DNA from: Vitrella brassicaformis CCMP3155
Lineage: Eukaryota > Protista > Chromerida
Direction: 5' to 3'
Assembly (NCBI GenBank): GCA_001179505.1
Contig: CDMY01000436.1
Coordinates: forward strand, 1-64,000
Length of the DNA stretch: 64,000 bases
Of this stretch, positions 61,778 through 64,000 are shown one piece after another. The translations under genes were made by a program, and so were the position numbers. The notes under the pieces were generated by a model. The model was not told the DNA's origin and searched no databases. It saw only the letters and a program-made list of their open reading frames with translations. The first letter of the stretch is position 1. The number at the start of each line of letters is the position of its first letter.

Positions 61778-63316
61778 TCAGCGCCTCTTCTGTGTGCCGC
61801 ACTTCTCATCCGACACGTCCAGTCGCGACGCAGTGGCACTCTGCGAGTCCGACGGCCGCGACACAGCTAGAGGACAGGACTCCGGCAGCAGACCCCGCCC
61901 AGAAAACTGGCTGCCCGACAGCCGAGCATCGCCCTCAGAGTTGCTCTCGGAACGCATCACCGCGGGGGGCAGAGCGCTGGTCGATGAAGCGGGAGGCGGC
62001 TGCTGCTGCTGCTGTTGCTGCGGGTACATGGGCGATGGTGAAGCGGCGTTGTCGCAGTCGTTGCCATTTGGCGTGGCGGGGGCGCCCTCCACCTCTGCCT
62101 CCTGCGGAGGAGGGTGCGACAGCTGCAGACCTGACCCGCCCCCCGCCGCTCCCCCCTGTTGCTGGGGGTTGACAGCCGCACCATCGGCCACCGGCTCGCC
62201 CTGCGCCACGGACGACTCCTCGCCTCCCTGGCTGCTGCTCGAACCCACGCGATTCTCCTCGTATGCGTGGAACAGCGGGCTGGGCTGTGTGGTCGTGTTT
62301 GGCGTCTCGGTGGCCTGAGGTGCTGGTGGTGCGGGGGAGGATGGGGCGGGGCCGGATGGACATGGGGAGGGTTCTTCCTCGGTGACGGCGGCCTGGGTGT
62401 CCTTCTGCTGCCGCAGGAACCAGTCGCAGTAGCGCTTAAGCTGGGCGGCCTGAACGAAATGGAATGGATGGACGGATGGATCCCACGACAAGGGAATGGG
62501 TGGATGGTCGGAGGATGTCTCGCAGCCATGATGATTGTGGTGTGTTTACCTGGTACTGTTCGGCGACTTGTTTGACGGCGAGGACGTTCTGCTGAGTGAT
62601 GCGCTGGTAGAGCTCCTGCTCACACATCTCCTTGACGGGCTCCAACATAAACTCATCAGACACCTGCACATACACATAGACACACCAACCACACACACAT
62701 CACTGGCTGGTCTCGCACACAAGCCACCTAATCTATCCCTCCCCTACTCTGCGCTCACCTGCAGCAGCTCGACCAGGAACGGTATGTCGTTGGGGTCGCC
62801 CATCAGGCCGCCCGCCGCCCCAGCACCAGCACCAGCCCCACCACTGCCCCCACCGGCCGCAGCAGCAGCAGCCGGGCTGGGCCCGCTGGATGCGCCCATG
62901 CGGTATGCGAAGGGCTGTGAGTTGTTGATGGATAGGGAAGAGAGTGAGAGCGGCAGGGGGTTGTAGATGGACGAGAGGGCGAATGGGCGTGGGGGCATGA
63001 CTGAGGGGCGGTAGCGGAACTTGACCTCGCCCGAGTACAGGAAGTCCATCATCGACTCAAACACCTCGTAGCGCACACCGGGGATCTGCACACATACATA
63101 CAAGGGGTGAATGGATGGATGGATGAATTGATGGCCTTCTCTGTCCGGGTGTGTGGGATGTGTGTGAGTGCTTTGTTTGTTGACCTCGATTTCCTTCTCG
63201 GATGACTCCTTCATGCCGCTGGTGAACATGGCGCGGAATCGGTCGCTCAGCAGACACAGAATGATGCGGTGGGCGTAGTACTGACGCCCCTCCACAATCT
63301 AGTACGACACAAGACA

Positions 63317-63351
<35 letters not shown>

Positions 63352-64000
63352 CATCATCTGTGCTCTTGAGGGCCATGTCGTGTATGTGTCTCTGTGCCTT
63401 ACGAATGTGATATCAGAGAAGGTGGGGTTGTTTCTGAACTCCATGAGTGAGGTTCGGAGCTTCTCCAGGCTGGACGAGGTCTCCGAACGGGACACATCCG
63501 GCGCGGGATCTGAACAAACGCAATCAATCAATGCCGGGGGGAGGGAGAAGGAGCTATCCATCCATCGACCCGCTTCTGCTGCTACACATCCATCCGTCGA
63601 TCTCCACACGCACCCACCTGTGTCGAGTATGTGGCAGTCGCGGAAGTATGTGGGGCCGAAACTCCCACCCAACACAAACACCTTGCGGTCAACCTAAGGA
63701 CACACACGCACATGCACACACTCGTGAGTGAGTGACGACGGTGTCCTTGGCTGTCTGTCTGTCTGTCTGTCTGTGTGTCTGTCATACCACAGCAGCGACG
63801 TGTCCGGCCCGTTTGTCCGGTCGTGGCATGTCCTCGTCCATGGGCGGCTGAAACCACGTCTGGTTGTCTGAGACACCATCAGATGAACACACACGACACA
63901 GAGAGACAAACAGAGAGAGATGCATTGACTGACACGGCTGTCTCTTGTTCGTTCGTCAGCTCAATGCAACGGGTGGTCATTTGCTGACTCACCAGGGTCG
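61778..64000 (-). CDS. Kelch-repeat and BTB/POZ domain protein, 5' part outside window
   Basis: Kelch exons DNQTWFQPP...RAGHVAAV|VDRKVFVLGGSFGPTYFRDCHILDT; BTB FSDITF|IVEGRQYYAHRIILCLLSDRFRAMFTSGMKES...IPGVRYEVFESMMDFLYSG; BACK-like LEPVKEMCEQEL...AEQYQ|AAQLKRYC; low-complexity tail to stop 61778. Confidence 0.9.

Noticed and set aside
1-64000. tRNA, rRNA or autonomous transposon genes
   Set aside because: No cloverleaf, rRNA signature, transposase or reverse-transcriptase motifs recognised by eye; tRNAscan-SE and RepeatMasker would be needed to exclude them.

Overview
Eukaryotic, GC-rich, intron-dense genomic DNA with short GT-AG introns full of (CA)n, (CAGA)n, (TG)n and (TCTG)n microsatellites and two 300-N scaffold gaps. 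Intron style and lineage-specific gene families suggest a chromerid alveolate such as Vitrella brassicaformis (inference, not verified). About 20 genes or gene remnants were assembled by hand by joining ORF fragments across phase-compatible splice sites. Recognisable products: TFIIIC TPR subunit (GTF3C3/Tfc4-like), Rab23, GH13 alpha-amylase-family enzyme, GH3 beta-xylosidase/glucosidase, fructosamine-3-kinase family protein, Kelch-BTB protein (runs off the right edge), a TLDc-domain protein, an intronless helical-repeat (HPR/OPR-like) protein, two tandem F-box-like paralogs, two coiled-coil proteins and a decaying tandem array of divergent kinases. Highlights: (1) a secreted mucin-like protein ending in a phage-tail-type peptidase S74 autocleaving chaperone domain with an intact Ser-Lys dyad, head-to-head (87 bp) with a secreted GH3; (2) a type I membrane protein with a bacterial-style vWA module in a TRAP-like layout; (3) a window-wide polarity of complementary microsatellites at intron ends; (4) recurrent non-coding motifs at gene 3' ends and through the kinase array. 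All exon boundaries and starts are manual predictions; no database search was run.
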